Positions 19,409-29,474 are shown, counted from the first letter of the stretch. The stretch is DNA of 64,000 bases from an uncultured Verrucomicrobia subdivision 3 bacterium (GCA_903835255.1 CAILMI010000064.1:1233-65232), one strand, 5' to 3'. Numbers and translations are program-made. The notes: generated by a model not told the origin, from the sequence alone.

Positions 19409-20290
19409 ATGCAGATTGAAAGTTTGAAAATGTTTTGCGATCTGGCTGAAACGGAAAGCTTCACCAAGGCAGCCCAGATCAACAGCGTCACCCAATCCGC
19501 CGTGAGCCAGCAGGTCAGCGCTCTCGAACGCATTTTCAAGTCGCTGCTGATCGAGCGCAGCAAGAAAAAATTCCGGCTCACACGCGAAGGCCAGGTGCTG
19601 TATGACTACAGCAAGCAGATCATCCAGACCTACGAGTCGCTCCACAGCAAGCTGCAGGAGCTCAAGGACATCATCTCCGGGACCGTCCGCGTCGCGACCA
19701 TTTACAGCATCGGCCTTCACGACTTGCCCGCGTATGTGAAGAAATTCATGGTGAGCTATCCAACGGTTCATATTCATGTCGAATACCGGCGGGCGAATCA
19801 GGTGTACGAGGATGTGTTCAGCAATGTGGTGGACCTCGGCCTGGTGGCCTACCCGGTCAAGGATCCGAAGATCGAAATCATCGCGCTCCGCAAAGACCCG
19901 CTCGTGCTCATCTGCCATCCGCAGCATCCATTCGCCCAGTTGAAAAGTGTGAAGCTCAAATCGCTCGCCACCCAAAAGGTCATCGGGTTCGAGCCCGACA
20001 TCCCGACCCGCAAGGCGCTGGACAAAATTCTGAAGGAACATGGCGTCGAGGCCCGACACGTCATGGAGTTCGACAACATTGAAACGGTGAAGCGCGCTGT
20101 CGAGATCGATGCGGGCATTTCCATCGTGCCGCATGGGACCGTCGCCCAGGAAATTACCAAGCAAACCCTGGTCGCAGTGCCGATTGGCGACGGGGATTTT
20201 TACCGCCCGATCGCCGCCATCTACAAAAAGAACAAGGTGCTATCGCCGGCGATGAAGCAGCTCCTGACCATTTTGAAGGAAACGGCCTGA
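19409..20290 (+). CDS. LysR-family transcriptional regulator
   Basis: N-terminal wHTH FTKAAQINSVTQSAVSQQVSALE followed by a LysR substrate-binding domain. The target gene is not obvious from context. Confidence 0.9.
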   Translation: MQIESLKMFCDLAETESFTKAAQINSVTQSAVSQQVSALERIFKSLLIERSKKKFRLTREGQVLYDYSKQIIQTYESLHSKLQELKDIISGTVRVATIYSIGLHDLPAYVKKFMVSYPTVHIHVEYRRANQVYEDVFSNVVDLGLVAYPVKDPKIEIIALRKDPLVLICHPQHPFAQLKSVKLKSLATQKVIGFEPDIPTRKALDKILKEHGVEARHVMEFDNIETVKRAVEIDAGISIVPHGTVAQEITKQTLVAVPIGDGDFYRPIAAIYKKNKVLSPAMKQLLTILKETA

Positions 20291-20345
20291 GAGCCGGATC
20301 CGCCCACGGGCAGGGGCATGAAAGCCGGCGGGTTGGGCAGCAGAA

Positions 20346-21455
20346 TCACTTCAGTTGGGACGGGTTTAAGGGCTTCAGCGCTTGGGTCAAAAAGACCCCG
20401 TCTTTGCGGATGAGCTTGCCATCGAACCACACCTCGCCGCCGCCCCATTCCTTCCGCTGGATCAGGACCATGTCCCAGTGGATCGCGCTCTTGTTGCCAT
20501 TGCCGCAATCCTCGTAGGCTTGGCCGGGCGTGAAGTGCAGCGAGCCGGCAATCTTTTCGTCAAACAGGATATCGCACATCGGACTTAAAATGTGCGGGTT
20601 GAAGCCAAGCGAAAATTCGCCGATGTACCGCGCTCCGGCGTCCGTGTCCAGGATCTCGTTGAGCCGTTTGGTGTGGTTCGCCGTCGCCTCGATGATTTTT
20701 CCGTCCTTCAGCACCAGTCGCACGTTCTCAAATTTCGTGCCTGAATAGAGCGTCGGCGTGTTGAATTGAATCACCCCGTTCGCGGAAGTTTTAGTCGGGC
20801 AGGAAAACACCTCGCCGTCGGGGATGTTCCGGTCGCCCTGACACTTCTTGGCGCCGATGCCCTTGATACTGAAACTCAGATCCGTGCCCGGCCCGACCAG
20901 CCGGACGCGGTCGGTTCGGGCCATGAGCATTTCTAGAGGCTTCATCGCCCGGCCCATCTTCGCGTAATCCATCGTGCAGACGTCGAAGTAAAGATTTTCA
21001 AACGCCTCGGTGCTCATGCCCGCCGCCTGCGCCATGCTCGGGGTGGGCCAGCGCAACACGCACCAGCGCGTTTGATTCACCCGGTAATCCTGCACCGGCC
21101 GGAGGATCTTGGAATACAGCCGCATCCGGTCGGCGGGGACGTCGGAGTTTTCATTCATGTTATCCGCGCCGCGGATGGCGATATAAGCCTGCATTTTTTT
21201 CATGCGGAACATCTCCATATCGCGAATGTCGGCGGCCTGCTTTTCATCCATGCCCAGCAGTTGCTCGCGCCCCACGCGCGTGTGGCGCGTCTCGACGAAG
21301 GGCGTCGCGCCCGCCGCGCGCACGGCGCGGATGAGCTCCACGGCGAACGCGTCCGGCACATCCACCAGTTCAATCAGGATGCGGTCGCCCTTTTTCAGCG
21401 CGGTGGAGTAATTGACGAGCAGGGCGGCCAGTTTTTTGTAACGCGGGTCAGTCAT
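20346..21455 (-). CDS. Aminopeptidase, M29 (AmpS/PepS) family
   Basis: 369 aa with M29-like motifs NIPDGEVF, GEFSLGFN and EKIAGSLHFTPG. Confidence 0.8.
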   Translation of the reverse strand: MTDPRYKKLAALLVNYSTALKKGDRILIELVDVPDAFAVELIRAVRAAGATPFVETRHTRVGREQLLGMDEKQAADIRDMEMFRMKKMQAYIAIRGADNMNENSDVPADRMRLYSKILRPVQDYRVNQTRWCVLRWPTPSMAQAAGMSTEAFENLYFDVCTMDYAKMGRAMKPLEMLMARTDRVRLVGPGTDLSFSIKGIGAKKCQGDRNIPDGEVFSCPTKTSANGVIQFNTPTLYSGTKFENVRLVLKDGKIIEATANHTKRLNEILDTDAGARYIGEFSLGFNPHILSPMCDILFDEKIAGSLHFTPGQAYEDCGNGNKSAIHWDMVLIQRKEWGGGEVWFDGKLIRKDGVFLTQALKPLNPSQLK

Positions 21456-21583
21456 AAATTGGGGACAGCGTAGCGCGGGGAGTCCGAAGAATCAAATAGC
21501 AACGCGGTGACATCATGACGATGAGTTGACGCCCGACGGGGAGGGGGCTGGACTCCCGTTCCCAGCGGCTGGGGAGATTCGTT

Positions 21584-22048
21584 TTAAATTTCGCCGGGAA
21601 AGCCTTGTTGCCGCAATGCCTCAAACAGGACCAGCGCGACGCAATTCGAGAGATTCAAGGAACGCGCCTGGGGATTAAACATGGGGATCTGGAGCCATTG
21701 CTCCGGGTGTTGTGCCAGCAGCGGCGGCGGCAAACCCGCCGTCTCACGCCCGAACACCAGGTAATCCCCGGGTGAAAACCGCGCCTCACTGTAATTCCTT
21801 CCGCCGCCGGACTCGATGAACCACAACCGCGCGTCCGCCGGGAGCTGCTTTTCAAAAACCTTCCAGCTGGACCAGCGCTGCCATTGGACCTGCTGCCAGT
21901 AGTCCATGCCGGCCCGCTTGAGCTGCGCATCATCCAGCTTGAAGCCGAAGGGCTCGACCAGATGCAGCGGGGACTTCGTGGCCGCGCATAGCCGCGCGAC
22001 GTTGCCCGTGTTGGGCGGGATCTCCGGTTCGACAAGAACGATGTGCAT
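21584..22048 (-). CDS. trmL: tRNA (cytidine/uridine(34)-2'-O)-methyltransferase, SpoU/TrmL type
   Basis: 154 aa. N-terminus IVLVEPEIPPNTGNVARLCAA; SPOUT knot motifs FGRETAGL and RSLNLSN. Confidence 0.9.
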   Translation of the reverse strand: MHIVLVEPEIPPNTGNVARLCAATKSPLHLVEPFGFKLDDAQLKRAGMDYWQQVQWQRWSSWKVFEKQLPADARLWFIESGGGRNYSEARFSPGDYLVFGRETAGLPPPLLAQHPEQWLQIPMFNPQARSLNLSNCVALVLFEALRQQGFPGEI

Positions 22049-22060
22049 GGGTGCGGGGCC

Positions 22061-22858
22061 TTATTGAATGATTCCGGCGGGAGCCGGCCGGCGCCGGCTG
22101 GGTTTGGGATAGAAGACCTTCCACAATACCAGCCCCTGCGCAGGAGCCGTCATGCCAGCCTCGCGCCGGTCGCGCCTGGTTAGGATATTCTTTATTTCCA
22201 GCGGCGGAATCTTCCCCTGCCCAACCTGGACTAGGGTCCCCACAATGCCCCGGCACATCTTGTAGAGAAACCCGTCCCCCTCGAGGATGAAAATAAAAGA
22301 TTCACCGGACTTCCGGATATCGCATCGCGTCAGCGTCCGCACGTTGGATTTCATCTCGTAACTGCGCGTGCCTGCGAAGGATTTAAAATCATGTCGGCCG
22401 AGAAACAGTTTCGCCGCCGACCGCATCGCCTTTGCCTCCAGAGGCACCGGCACATGCCAGGCGCGGCCCCGCATCAGCGGGTTCATGGCCGGATGATTCC
22501 AAATGAAGTAGCGATACTGTTTGCCGATCGCATCAAAGCGGGCATGAAACGCATCCGGCACGCGCACCGCCACCAGCACCCGGACATCCTCCGGCAGAAA
22601 GGCATTGAGCGCGCGCGCAAGACGGCCAACCGGCATCTTAAATTCCGCGCGGGGGATTTCCACATGCGCTGCCATGCCGAGCGCATGAACGCCCGTGTCC
22701 GTCCGGCTAGAACTATGGAGGCGCGTTGCGCCTGGAAATATCCGACCCAGCGCCGCCTCGACCAACCCCTGCACGCCCGTACCGGTTTTCTGCACCTGCC
22801 AGCCTTGATAGGCCGCGCCATCATAGGCGACAACCAGTTTGAATTTGAGATTATCCAC
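22061..22858 (-). CDS. truA: tRNA pseudouridine(38-40) synthase
   Basis: VAYDGAAYQGWQ and catalytic-Asp motif SSRTDTGVHA. Confidence 0.93.
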   Translation of the reverse strand: MDNLKFKLVVAYDGAAYQGWQVQKTGTGVQGLVEAALGRIFPGATRLHSSSRTDTGVHALGMAAHVEIPRAEFKMPVGRLARALNAFLPEDVRVLVAVRVPDAFHARFDAIGKQYRYFIWNHPAMNPLMRGRAWHVPVPLEAKAMRSAAKLFLGRHDFKSFAGTRSYEMKSNVRTLTRCDIRKSGESFIFILEGDGFLYKMCRGIVGTLVQVGQGKIPPLEIKNILTRRDRREAGMTAPAQGLVLWKVFYPKPSRRRPAPAGIIQ

Positions 22859-22993
22859 AAAAAATCAACTATGCCGGAACCCGGCTGGAAGACGCCGGTA
22901 GGGAAAATCCGGAGTGACCCCTGCAAAAGGGCGGCGCAGGGCGGCTGAAAAGCCGCGCCCGTCCTTTTCATCCCTGTTCACGCAGGACTCCAT

Positions 22994-23404
22994 TCACATC
23001 CCCATGTCCAAATAACTCTGCAATAGAATTGCCGCAGCCATCTTGTCCACCTTCTCCTTGCGCTGGTCGCGGCGCACGCCGCCCTGGATCAGGGCCCGGT
23101 TCGCCATGGCGGACGTCAGCCGCTCATCCCACATTTTGATGGGAACGGGGATGGCGGTCTTCAAGACAGCCACGAACGCCTCCACCTTTTGCGCCGCCGG
23201 GCCATAACTGCCATCCATGTTGCGCGGCTGGCCGATCAGGATGAGGTCAATTTCCTTCTCGCCGAGAATTTTTTTCAGCCGCTCCAGAAATAGCGCGAAG
23301 GGTTCGGTGAGGATGTATTCCAGCGGCAGCGCGATTGTTTTGGTTTCATCGCTGACCGCCACGCCGATGCGCTTGGTTCCGTGATCGAGGGCTAGAATTC
23401 TCAT
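22994..23404 (-). CDS. ruvX: Holliday junction resolvase-like nuclease RuvX/YqgF
   Basis: MRILALDHGTKRIGVAVSD. I placed the start at ATG 23404 rather than the track start at 23422. Confidence 0.9.
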   Translation of the reverse strand: MRILALDHGTKRIGVAVSDETKTIALPLEYILTEPFALFLERLKKILGEKEIDLILIGQPRNMDGSYGPAAQKVEAFVAVLKTAIPVPIKMWDERLTSAMANRALIQGGVRRDQRKEKVDKMAAAILLQSYLDMGM

Positions 23405-23459
23405 ATTTTTTACCGGCGGCAATTTTTAAGCGGGCAGATAGGAATCGGCCGTTTCAGCC

Positions 23460-24026
23460 TCACTTGCTCCCGGGCTTGACCGCCGGAATCCCCGTGAGAT
23501 CGGGCGGCAGGTTTGCCGGATCGAAGGTTTCCACCTGCAACGAAATTAAGCTCTCGAACGGCACCCCGAAATTCACAGCGCCATTGGAGCGATCGACCAC
23601 CGCCGCCACGCCGACCACCTGTCCGCCGTGAGCGCGGATGATATCCAGCGTTTCCTGCGCGCGGCCGCCCTTGGTCACCACGTCCTCGACCACGAGGATT
23701 TTCTCGCCGGGCGCAATCTTGAATCCCCGGCGCAACACCAGTTTGCCCTCCTCTTTCTCTACGAAAAAAAAGCGGCTCCCGAGCTGTCGCGCAACCTCTT
23801 GGCCGATGACCAGTCCCCCCATGGCGGGGGCAACAACGGTGACGGCGCCGAGTGGCTTCACTTTGGCCGCCAGGGCCGCGCCCAGCTTTTCGACCTGGGG
23901 CATCTGCTGGAGCGCCAGGGCGCACTGAAAGAACTGGCGGCTATGCAACCCGCTGCGGAGAATAAAGTGGCCTTCCAGCAACGCTCCGGTGTCGCGGAAA
24001 ATCTGCAATGCTTCATCTTTTGTCAT
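23460..24026 (-). CDS. pyrE: Orotate phosphoribosyltransferase
   Basis: PRPP-binding motif ILVVEDVVTKGG. I moved the start to ATG 24026 (MTKDEALQIF...). The 96 upstream codons lie in the pyrE-tyrS spacer and are not protein-like. Confidence 0.9.
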   Translation of the reverse strand: MTKDEALQIFRDTGALLEGHFILRSGLHSRQFFQCALALQQMPQVEKLGAALAAKVKPLGAVTVVAPAMGGLVIGQEVARQLGSRFFFVEKEEGKLVLRRGFKIAPGEKILVVEDVVTKGGRAQETLDIIRAHGGQVVGVAAVVDRSNGAVNFGVPFESLISLQVETFDPANLPPDLTGIPAVKPGSK

Positions 24027-24135
24027 GCGTGGGATTATAGGAGAAGCAGCGAGGAATTCACGCAAATCTTCGCCTGCCCCAAAATCCGGTGCCGCGTCCG
24101 CCGCCCCCTCTATTTGGGTCGTATCCTCCGGCTCC

Positions 24136-24168
24136 GGTCCAACAATTGGTCCAACAATTGGAAATTGG
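24136..24168. repeat. Tandem 12-bp repeat in the pyrE/tyrS divergent spacer
   Basis: GGTCCAACAATT GGTCCAACAATT GGAAATTGG. Each full unit contains the palindrome CAATTG. Ends 31 nt upstream of the tyrS GTG. Confidence 0.85.
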
Positions 24169-24199
24169 CATTTCTCCGGCGGCGACTTAACCTGCGCGG

Positions 24200-25477
24200 G
24201 TGAGCATATTGGAAGAATTACACTGGCGCGGCCTGGTTGCGGATTGCACCGACACGGCGGAACTGACCAAGCGCCTTGCCGCCCCCACCCCGCTTTATTG
24301 CGGATTCGATCCAACGGCGGATAGCCTGCATGTCGGCAACCTGGTGCCGCTGCTGGCGCTGCGGCGTTTCCAGCTGCTCGGCCATCACCCCATTGCCGTG
24401 GCGGGCGGCGCCACCGGGAGCATTGGCGACCCCAGCGGCAAGACTGCTGAGCGTCAGCTTCTCACGCCGGAAATTCTCGATCGCAACATCGCCAGCGTGA
24501 AGGGGCAGCTGGCGAAACTGCTCGATTTTGAAACGACCCAGAACCCCGCCCGCCTGATGGACAACGCCGTGTGGATGAGAGGGGTGTCCTTCCTGGATTT
24601 CCTGCGCGACATCGGAAAGCATTTTTCCGTCAACCAGATGGTCGCCAAGGAATCCGTCCGCGCCCGCATGGAAGACCGCGAGGCGGGCATCAGTTATACC
24701 GAGTTCAGCTACATGCTGCTGCAGGCGTTTGATTTCATGGTGCTGTGCCGTGAGGCCAACTGCGAGCTGCAGATTGGCGGCAGCGATCAGTGGGGCAACA
24801 TCACGGCGGGCATTGAGCTGACGCGCAAGAAGCTGGGCAAGCAGGTTTTCGGACTGACGCTGCCGCTGATCACAAACACCGACGGATCCAAGTTTGGCAA
24901 GACCGCCGCCGGGGCCATCTGGCTCGATCCGAAGCGCACCAGCGTTTACAAGTTCTACCAGTTCTGGATCAACACCGACGACCGCGATGTCATCCGCTAT
25001 CTCAAATACTTCACGTTTATGACGAAGGCGGAAATCGAGTCATTGGAAAAACAGCACGCGGAAAACCCGGGCGCGCGCATCGCGCACAAGGCACTGGCGA
25101 AATCAGCAACGGATTTGATTCATGGCAGCCAGGCGACGGCGGAAGCCCTCCGCGCCAGCGAGATTCTTTTCGGCGGCGAACTCCAGGGGGTTTCTGAGGC
25201 GACCTTCAATGACATCGTCGGCGAAGTGCCGACCCAGGAGGTGGAAGTGTCGAAATTGGACGGGGCGGGATTGTCGCTGATTGAGCTGCTGGTCCATTCC
25301 GGATTGTGCCCGTCCAAAGGACAAGCGCGGAAAGATCTTGAGGGCGGCGGCGTCAATGTGAACAACGTCCGTGAATCCAATCTCCAGCGCATGGTTGTCG
25401 GCAGCGACTTGCTCTTCGGCAAGCACCTCTTGCTCCGCAAAGGCAAAAAAAACTACGTCGTGATCACCGCGAAGTAA
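24200..25477 (+). CDS. tyrS: Tyrosine--tRNA ligase
   Basis: HIGH-type motif (SLHVGN), KMSKS-type motif KFGKT, C-terminal S4-like domain. GTG start. Confidence 0.95.
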   Translation: MSILEELHWRGLVADCTDTAELTKRLAAPTPLYCGFDPTADSLHVGNLVPLLALRRFQLLGHHPIAVAGGATGSIGDPSGKTAERQLLTPEILDRNIASVKGQLAKLLDFETTQNPARLMDNAVWMRGVSFLDFLRDIGKHFSVNQMVAKESVRARMEDREAGISYTEFSYMLLQAFDFMVLCREANCELQIGGSDQWGNITAGIELTRKKLGKQVFGLTLPLITNTDGSKFGKTAAGAIWLDPKRTSVYKFYQFWINTDDRDVIRYLKYFTFMTKAEIESLEKQHAENPGARIAHKALAKSATDLIHGSQATAEALRASEILFGGELQGVSEATFNDIVGEVPTQEVEVSKLDGAGLSLIELLVHSGLCPSKGQARKDLEGGGVNVNNVRESNLQRMVVGSDLLFGKHLLLRKGKKNYVVITAK

Positions 25478-25677
25478 CTCGCCCGGCTGGCTTTTTACTT
25501 GTTTTCCATAGCCTGGGGCCTTCGGCGGACCGGGTGCGACCCACGCCTTAGCCTGTGAGGGTTTGGAGCAGGAATTTCCTGCGACGCCCTTGCAGCCTCA
25601 GGTTCTTTTTCGCCCACATTTGCCGGTCGAATAAGTCCGTGGACACAGTCCATTTCCACACAGGGGCGACAGGGAAA

Positions 25678-27060
25678 CTAAACCCCGATCTGGTCCTGGA
25701 TCAGGCTGCAGATCTTTTCAGACCATCTTTTGAGTGCCGCCGCATCGCGACCCTCCACCAGCAGGCGGGCTTTAGGTTCCGTGCCGGAATACCGCAGCAG
25801 CAGTCGTCCGCCTTGCGCCGATAATTCCTTTTCCGCGTCTGCGATCAGCTGCTTCACGCCCTGCAATTGCTCGAAAGGCTTCTTCTCGCGCACCTTCAGA
25901 TTGGTCACGAGCTGGGGAAACCGAGTCCAGCACTGGGCGAGCCGGGAGAGCGGCTGGTCCTTCGCTTTCATGATTCGCAAAATCTGCAGGGCGGCCACCA
26001 GGCCGTCGCCGGTGCTCGCATAATCCCTAAAAATGAGGTGGCCGCTCTGCTCCCCGCCGAAATTGCAGCCTTCGCGCAGCATGGCGTCGATGACGTTTTT
26101 GTCGCCAACCGGGGTGCGGAGCATCCGGCCCCCCGCCCCGGTGATGGCCGCTTCCAGTCCGGCATTGCTCATCACGGTGGAGACCAGCGTTTTTTGGGCG
26201 AGGGTTTTTTCTGCAAGCATCTCCAGCGCGGCGATGGCCATGATGTCGTCGCCGTCAATCAAGTTGCCCTTTTCGTCACACAGCAGAACGCGGTCGGCGT
26301 CGCCGTCATGTGCGATACCGAGGTGCGCGCCGCATTCGACGACCTTCCGGCACATGGCCTCCGGGTGCATGGACCCGCAGTTTTCGTTGATGTTTTTGCC
26401 GTCGGGCTGGTTGTTGAAAACGAGGGTTTCCGCGCCCAGTTCGCGCAGGACACAGGGCGAGGATTTATAGGCTGCGCCGTGGCCGCAATCCAAGACAACC
26501 TTCACCCCCTCAAGCGTCAGGCCGCGGGGAAAACTGGCCTTGGCGTATTCAATATAACGTCCCAGGGCGTCATCAATGCGGACGGCTTTGCCGATTTCAT
26601 CGGCCGAAGGGCGTACATTCTCAATCTCACCGGTGAACACCAGGTTTTCAATTTCGCCCTCAATCGCATCGTCCAGCTTGTATCCGTCCGCGCGGAAAAA
26701 CTTGATGCCGTTATCCGTGTAGGGGTTGTGCGAGGCGGTGATGACCAGTCCGGCGTCGGCGCGGAGGCTGCGGGTGGCGTAGGCCACGCCGGGCGTGGGC
26801 AGCGGCCCGATGAACAACACATCCACCCCCATGGAAAGAATACCGGAGCTGATGGCGTTTTCGAGCATGTAGCCGGAAAGACGCGTGTCTTTGCCGATGA
26901 CAATCTTGTGCTTGCCGCGGCCGCGCGACTGGCGCTCCAAGTTTTTGAAAACGTGGGCGGCCGCGCGCCCGAGTTTCAAGGCCGTCTCGGCGGTGACGGG
27001 TTCGAGGTTGGCGGTGCCGCGCACTCCGTCCGTGCCGAATATTTTTTTAGGTACGGTCAT
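25678..27060 (-). CDS. glmM: Phosphoglucosamine mutase
   Basis: FGTDGVRG and phosphoserine loop ITASHNPYTDNGIK. Start taken at ATG 27060. Confidence 0.95.
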   Translation of the reverse strand: MTVPKKIFGTDGVRGTANLEPVTAETALKLGRAAAHVFKNLERQSRGRGKHKIVIGKDTRLSGYMLENAISSGILSMGVDVLFIGPLPTPGVAYATRSLRADAGLVITASHNPYTDNGIKFFRADGYKLDDAIEGEIENLVFTGEIENVRPSADEIGKAVRIDDALGRYIEYAKASFPRGLTLEGVKVVLDCGHGAAYKSSPCVLRELGAETLVFNNQPDGKNINENCGSMHPEAMCRKVVECGAHLGIAHDGDADRVLLCDEKGNLIDGDDIMAIAALEMLAEKTLAQKTLVSTVMSNAGLEAAITGAGGRMLRTPVGDKNVIDAMLREGCNFGGEQSGHLIFRDYASTGDGLVAALQILRIMKAKDQPLSRLAQCWTRFPQLVTNLKVREKKPFEQLQGVKQLIADAEKELSAQGGRLLLRYSGTEPKARLLVEGRDAAALKRWSEKICSLIQDQIGV

Positions 27061-27171
27061 GGTGAGATAAAACCACGAATGAAGGTCCATGGACACGAAA
27101 AACTTGCGGTGCCATTGCCGCCCCGGCCCGCAAGGATTTGGGAATGCATCGGTCTGGATGCGGTTGAACTC

Positions 27172-27576
27172 TCACGGCTTTGGAGGGATAATGACGCCGA
27201 TTTTTTGAGGATCCACGCTGATCAGGGTGACGTGAAAGGGGACGGCGACTTCCACGCGCCGCTTCAATTCAGGATTGGTTTCCAGATCAGACAAGTCCAC
27301 GGAGGCTCGGATCTGATTGGCCTGCAGCACCCCCATCACTTCGCTCGGGCCGCTGACGGTCACGGAGACGACCGACGGCGCGAGCCGGTATTGACTCATG
27401 TCGGCGCCCGTGGAGACGATCCGCACCGGGATGCGGGTGTAGGTGAGCCTGTTGTCGGCCAGCGAGGGGCTGCCCACCGGTTCCTCGCGGACTTTGTGGA
27501 CGGTGAGCCAGATGGCCACCGCCAAAATCACGGAGAACAGCTTCCACCAAAAATCTTTTGTGATCCAGTCGCGCAT
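27172..27576 (-). CDS. YbbR-like domain protein (short CdaR-like)
   Basis: N-terminal TM (FWWKLFSVILAVAIWLTV) plus a single YbbR-type beta domain. Sits between cdaA and glmM, as CdaR does in other bacteria. Confidence 0.7.
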   Translation of the reverse strand: MRDWITKDFWWKLFSVILAVAIWLTVHKVREEPVGSPSLADNRLTYTRIPVRIVSTGADMSQYRLAPSVVSVTVSGPSEVMGVLQANQIRASVDLSDLETNPELKRRVEVAVPFHVTLISVDPQKIGVIIPPKP

Positions 27577-27588
27577 GGGGGTGACAAT

Positions 27589-28467
27589 TTAGTTTTTTCT
27601 AGCCGGGTTTTTTTCCCCCAGCCGCGGTTCGTGCTGGATGATGACCGGTGCGCCGGGCCGGTGGCGTTCGGTGAACCGTTTGCGAAACCATTCAATAACG
27701 CCGCGGGATTTATGGGTCTGGACGAGCACCGACGTCAGGAATGCGCGGAGCTCCTCCAGTGTCACATTGCGGACCAATTGGCCCTTGTAGGCATGTGAAA
27801 TCATTCCGGTCTCCTCGGAGACGACCACGATGACGGCGTCGGTTTCCTCGCTCAAGCCAATCGCCGCCCGATGGCGGGTGCCGAGCGATTTGTTCAAGTC
27901 CGAGCGCTGGGTCAGCGGAAAAATGCACGCCGCCAGAGCAATCCGGTCGCCCTTGAGAATAACGCCCCCGTCGTGGATGGCATTGTTGGGAAAGAAAATC
28001 GTCTCGAGCATCTCGGGGCTGGCGTCACAGTCCACCGGCACGCCGGACTCGACGACCTCCTGCAGCTGGATGGTTTGTTCGACGGCGATGAGGGCGCCGA
28101 TTTTCACCTCGGCCAGGCGTTCGCAGGTCTGGATGATGACTTCGATGCTTTCGCGCTGTTCGCTGGCGCTGGCGAACAGCGGCAGGTTGCCCAGCTCGGC
28201 CAGCATCCGGCGGAGTTCCGGCTGAAAAATGATGATGACCGCCACGGCGAAAAACGCCGAGAACGTGCCCAGCAGCCAGCGCAGCACCTGCAAATTCAGA
28301 ATCGTCGTCGTCAGGGCCAGCATGAGCAGAACGATGACGAAGCCGATGACGACCGGCCAGCCGCGGGTGCCGCGCAGGAAGCGCGAGGCGAAATAAATAG
28401 CTACCGCAAGGATCAGCACCTCCAATGCGGGACGCCACAGATCGTGGATATGAATGATTTCGGGCAT
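27589..28467 (-). CDS. cdaA: Diadenylate cyclase CdaA
   Basis: Three N-terminal TM helices. DAC-domain motifs HDGGVIL and GTRHRAAIGLSEETDAVIVVVSEETG. Its ATG shares one nucleotide with the folP stop (TGATG). Confidence 0.93.
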   Translation of the reverse strand: MPEIIHIHDLWRPALEVLILAVAIYFASRFLRGTRGWPVVIGFVIVLLMLALTTTILNLQVLRWLLGTFSAFFAVAVIIIFQPELRRMLAELGNLPLFASASEQRESIEVIIQTCERLAEVKIGALIAVEQTIQLQEVVESGVPVDCDASPEMLETIFFPNNAIHDGGVILKGDRIALAACIFPLTQRSDLNKSLGTRHRAAIGLSEETDAVIVVVSEETGMISHAYKGQLVRNVTLEELRAFLTSVLVQTHKSRGVIEWFRKRFTERHRPGAPVIIQHEPRLGEKNPARKN

Positions 28468-29330
28468 CAGTTTTTCTTTCGGGCCAGGACCGCTTCGGCC
28501 ATGCGCACCGCCTGGACGGTTTCCGCCACGTCGTGGGTGCGGATGATCTGCACGCCTGATTCGACCGCCAGACTCGCACAGACCAGCGCCGCGGGCAACC
28601 GTTCATCCACGCCCGCGCCCAGCAGATGTCCGATAAAGGATTTGCGGGAGACGCCGAGCAGCAGCGGCCGCTGGAACCGGCCGAAGCTCTGCAGGTGGGC
28701 GAGCAGTTGCAAGTTGTGCTCCAGCGTCTTGCCGAAACCAATACCGACGTCCAGCGCCACCTGTTCGGGAGCGATGCCGCCGCGGCGGGTCATCGCCTCC
28801 AGTCGCTCTTCAAAAAACTCACCCACCTCAAGGACCACATCCGCATAAACCGGATTGGCCTGCATGGTCGCCGGCGTGCCTTGAGAGTGCAGGCAAACGT
28901 AGCCCGCCTGGAATTCCGCCACCGCCCGCCACATGGCCTCCCCGGCAATGCGGGCGCCAGCGTCATTGACGATGCTGGCGCCCGCCTGGAGGGCGGCGCG
29001 CGCCACGGCGGGCTTCGTTGTATCAATCGAGAGGGGGACGCTGACCCGCGCCGCCAGCTTTTGAATGACCGGAATCACGCGCTGCAATTCTTCGGCCTCG
29101 CTGATCGGTGCCGCGCCGGGTCGGGTGGATTCGCCGCCGATGTCCAGCAGGTCCGCGCCGAGCTCCACCATTTTCAGCGCATGGGCGGCGGCGGCGGCGG
29201 CATCTAAAAATTTGCCGCCGTCGGAGAAGGAATCCGGAGTGACATTCACGATGCCCATGACGAGCGCGGGGCGGGGAAAGGCGACTTCAAATTGGCGGGC
29301 TCGGAAAATCATTTCAGTGGCGGGAATCAT
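28467..29330 (-). CDS. folP: Dihydropteroate synthase
   Basis: MGIVNVTPDSFSDGG and DIGGESTRPG. The start is ambiguous (ATG 29330 or 29312; the track start is 29369). Confidence 0.92.
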   Translation of the reverse strand: MIPATEMIFRARQFEVAFPRPALVMGIVNVTPDSFSDGGKFLDAAAAAAHALKMVELGADLLDIGGESTRPGAAPISEAEELQRVIPVIQKLAARVSVPLSIDTTKPAVARAALQAGASIVNDAGARIAGEAMWRAVAEFQAGYVCLHSQGTPATMQANPVYADVVLEVGEFFEERLEAMTRRGGIAPEQVALDVGIGFGKTLEHNLQLLAHLQSFGRFQRPLLLGVSRKSFIGHLLGAGVDERLPAALVCASLAVESGVQIIRTHDVAETVQAVRMAEAVLARKKN

Positions 29331-29474
29331 TGCAGATTCTCCCCCGGGATTCCAAGCACCAAGCTCCACAGAACCCCCCGGCCCGGCCTCGGAAAAGGGA
29401 CAGGCTGCGGTCAGGGTGGGCCTGCCGGCAGAGAGACCTCTAAAGAGTGATCCGCAGATCCTGGCTCCGCTCCG

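Noticed and set aside
25867-27798. Very long shadow ORFs antisense to well-supported genes. Examples: 25867-27798(+) 643 aa, 47198-48940(-) 580 aa, 44904-46463(-) 519 aa, 50957-52369(-) 470 aa, 59253-60371(-) 372 aa, 702-1802(-) 366 aa, 16392-17477(+) 361 aa, 43918-44895(+) 325 aa.
   Set aside because: Each lies opposite a gene with unambiguous catalytic motifs. Their products are Arg/Gly/Ala/Pro/His-rich with no motifs. Long antisense open frames are expected in GC-rich DNA because stop codons are AT-rich.
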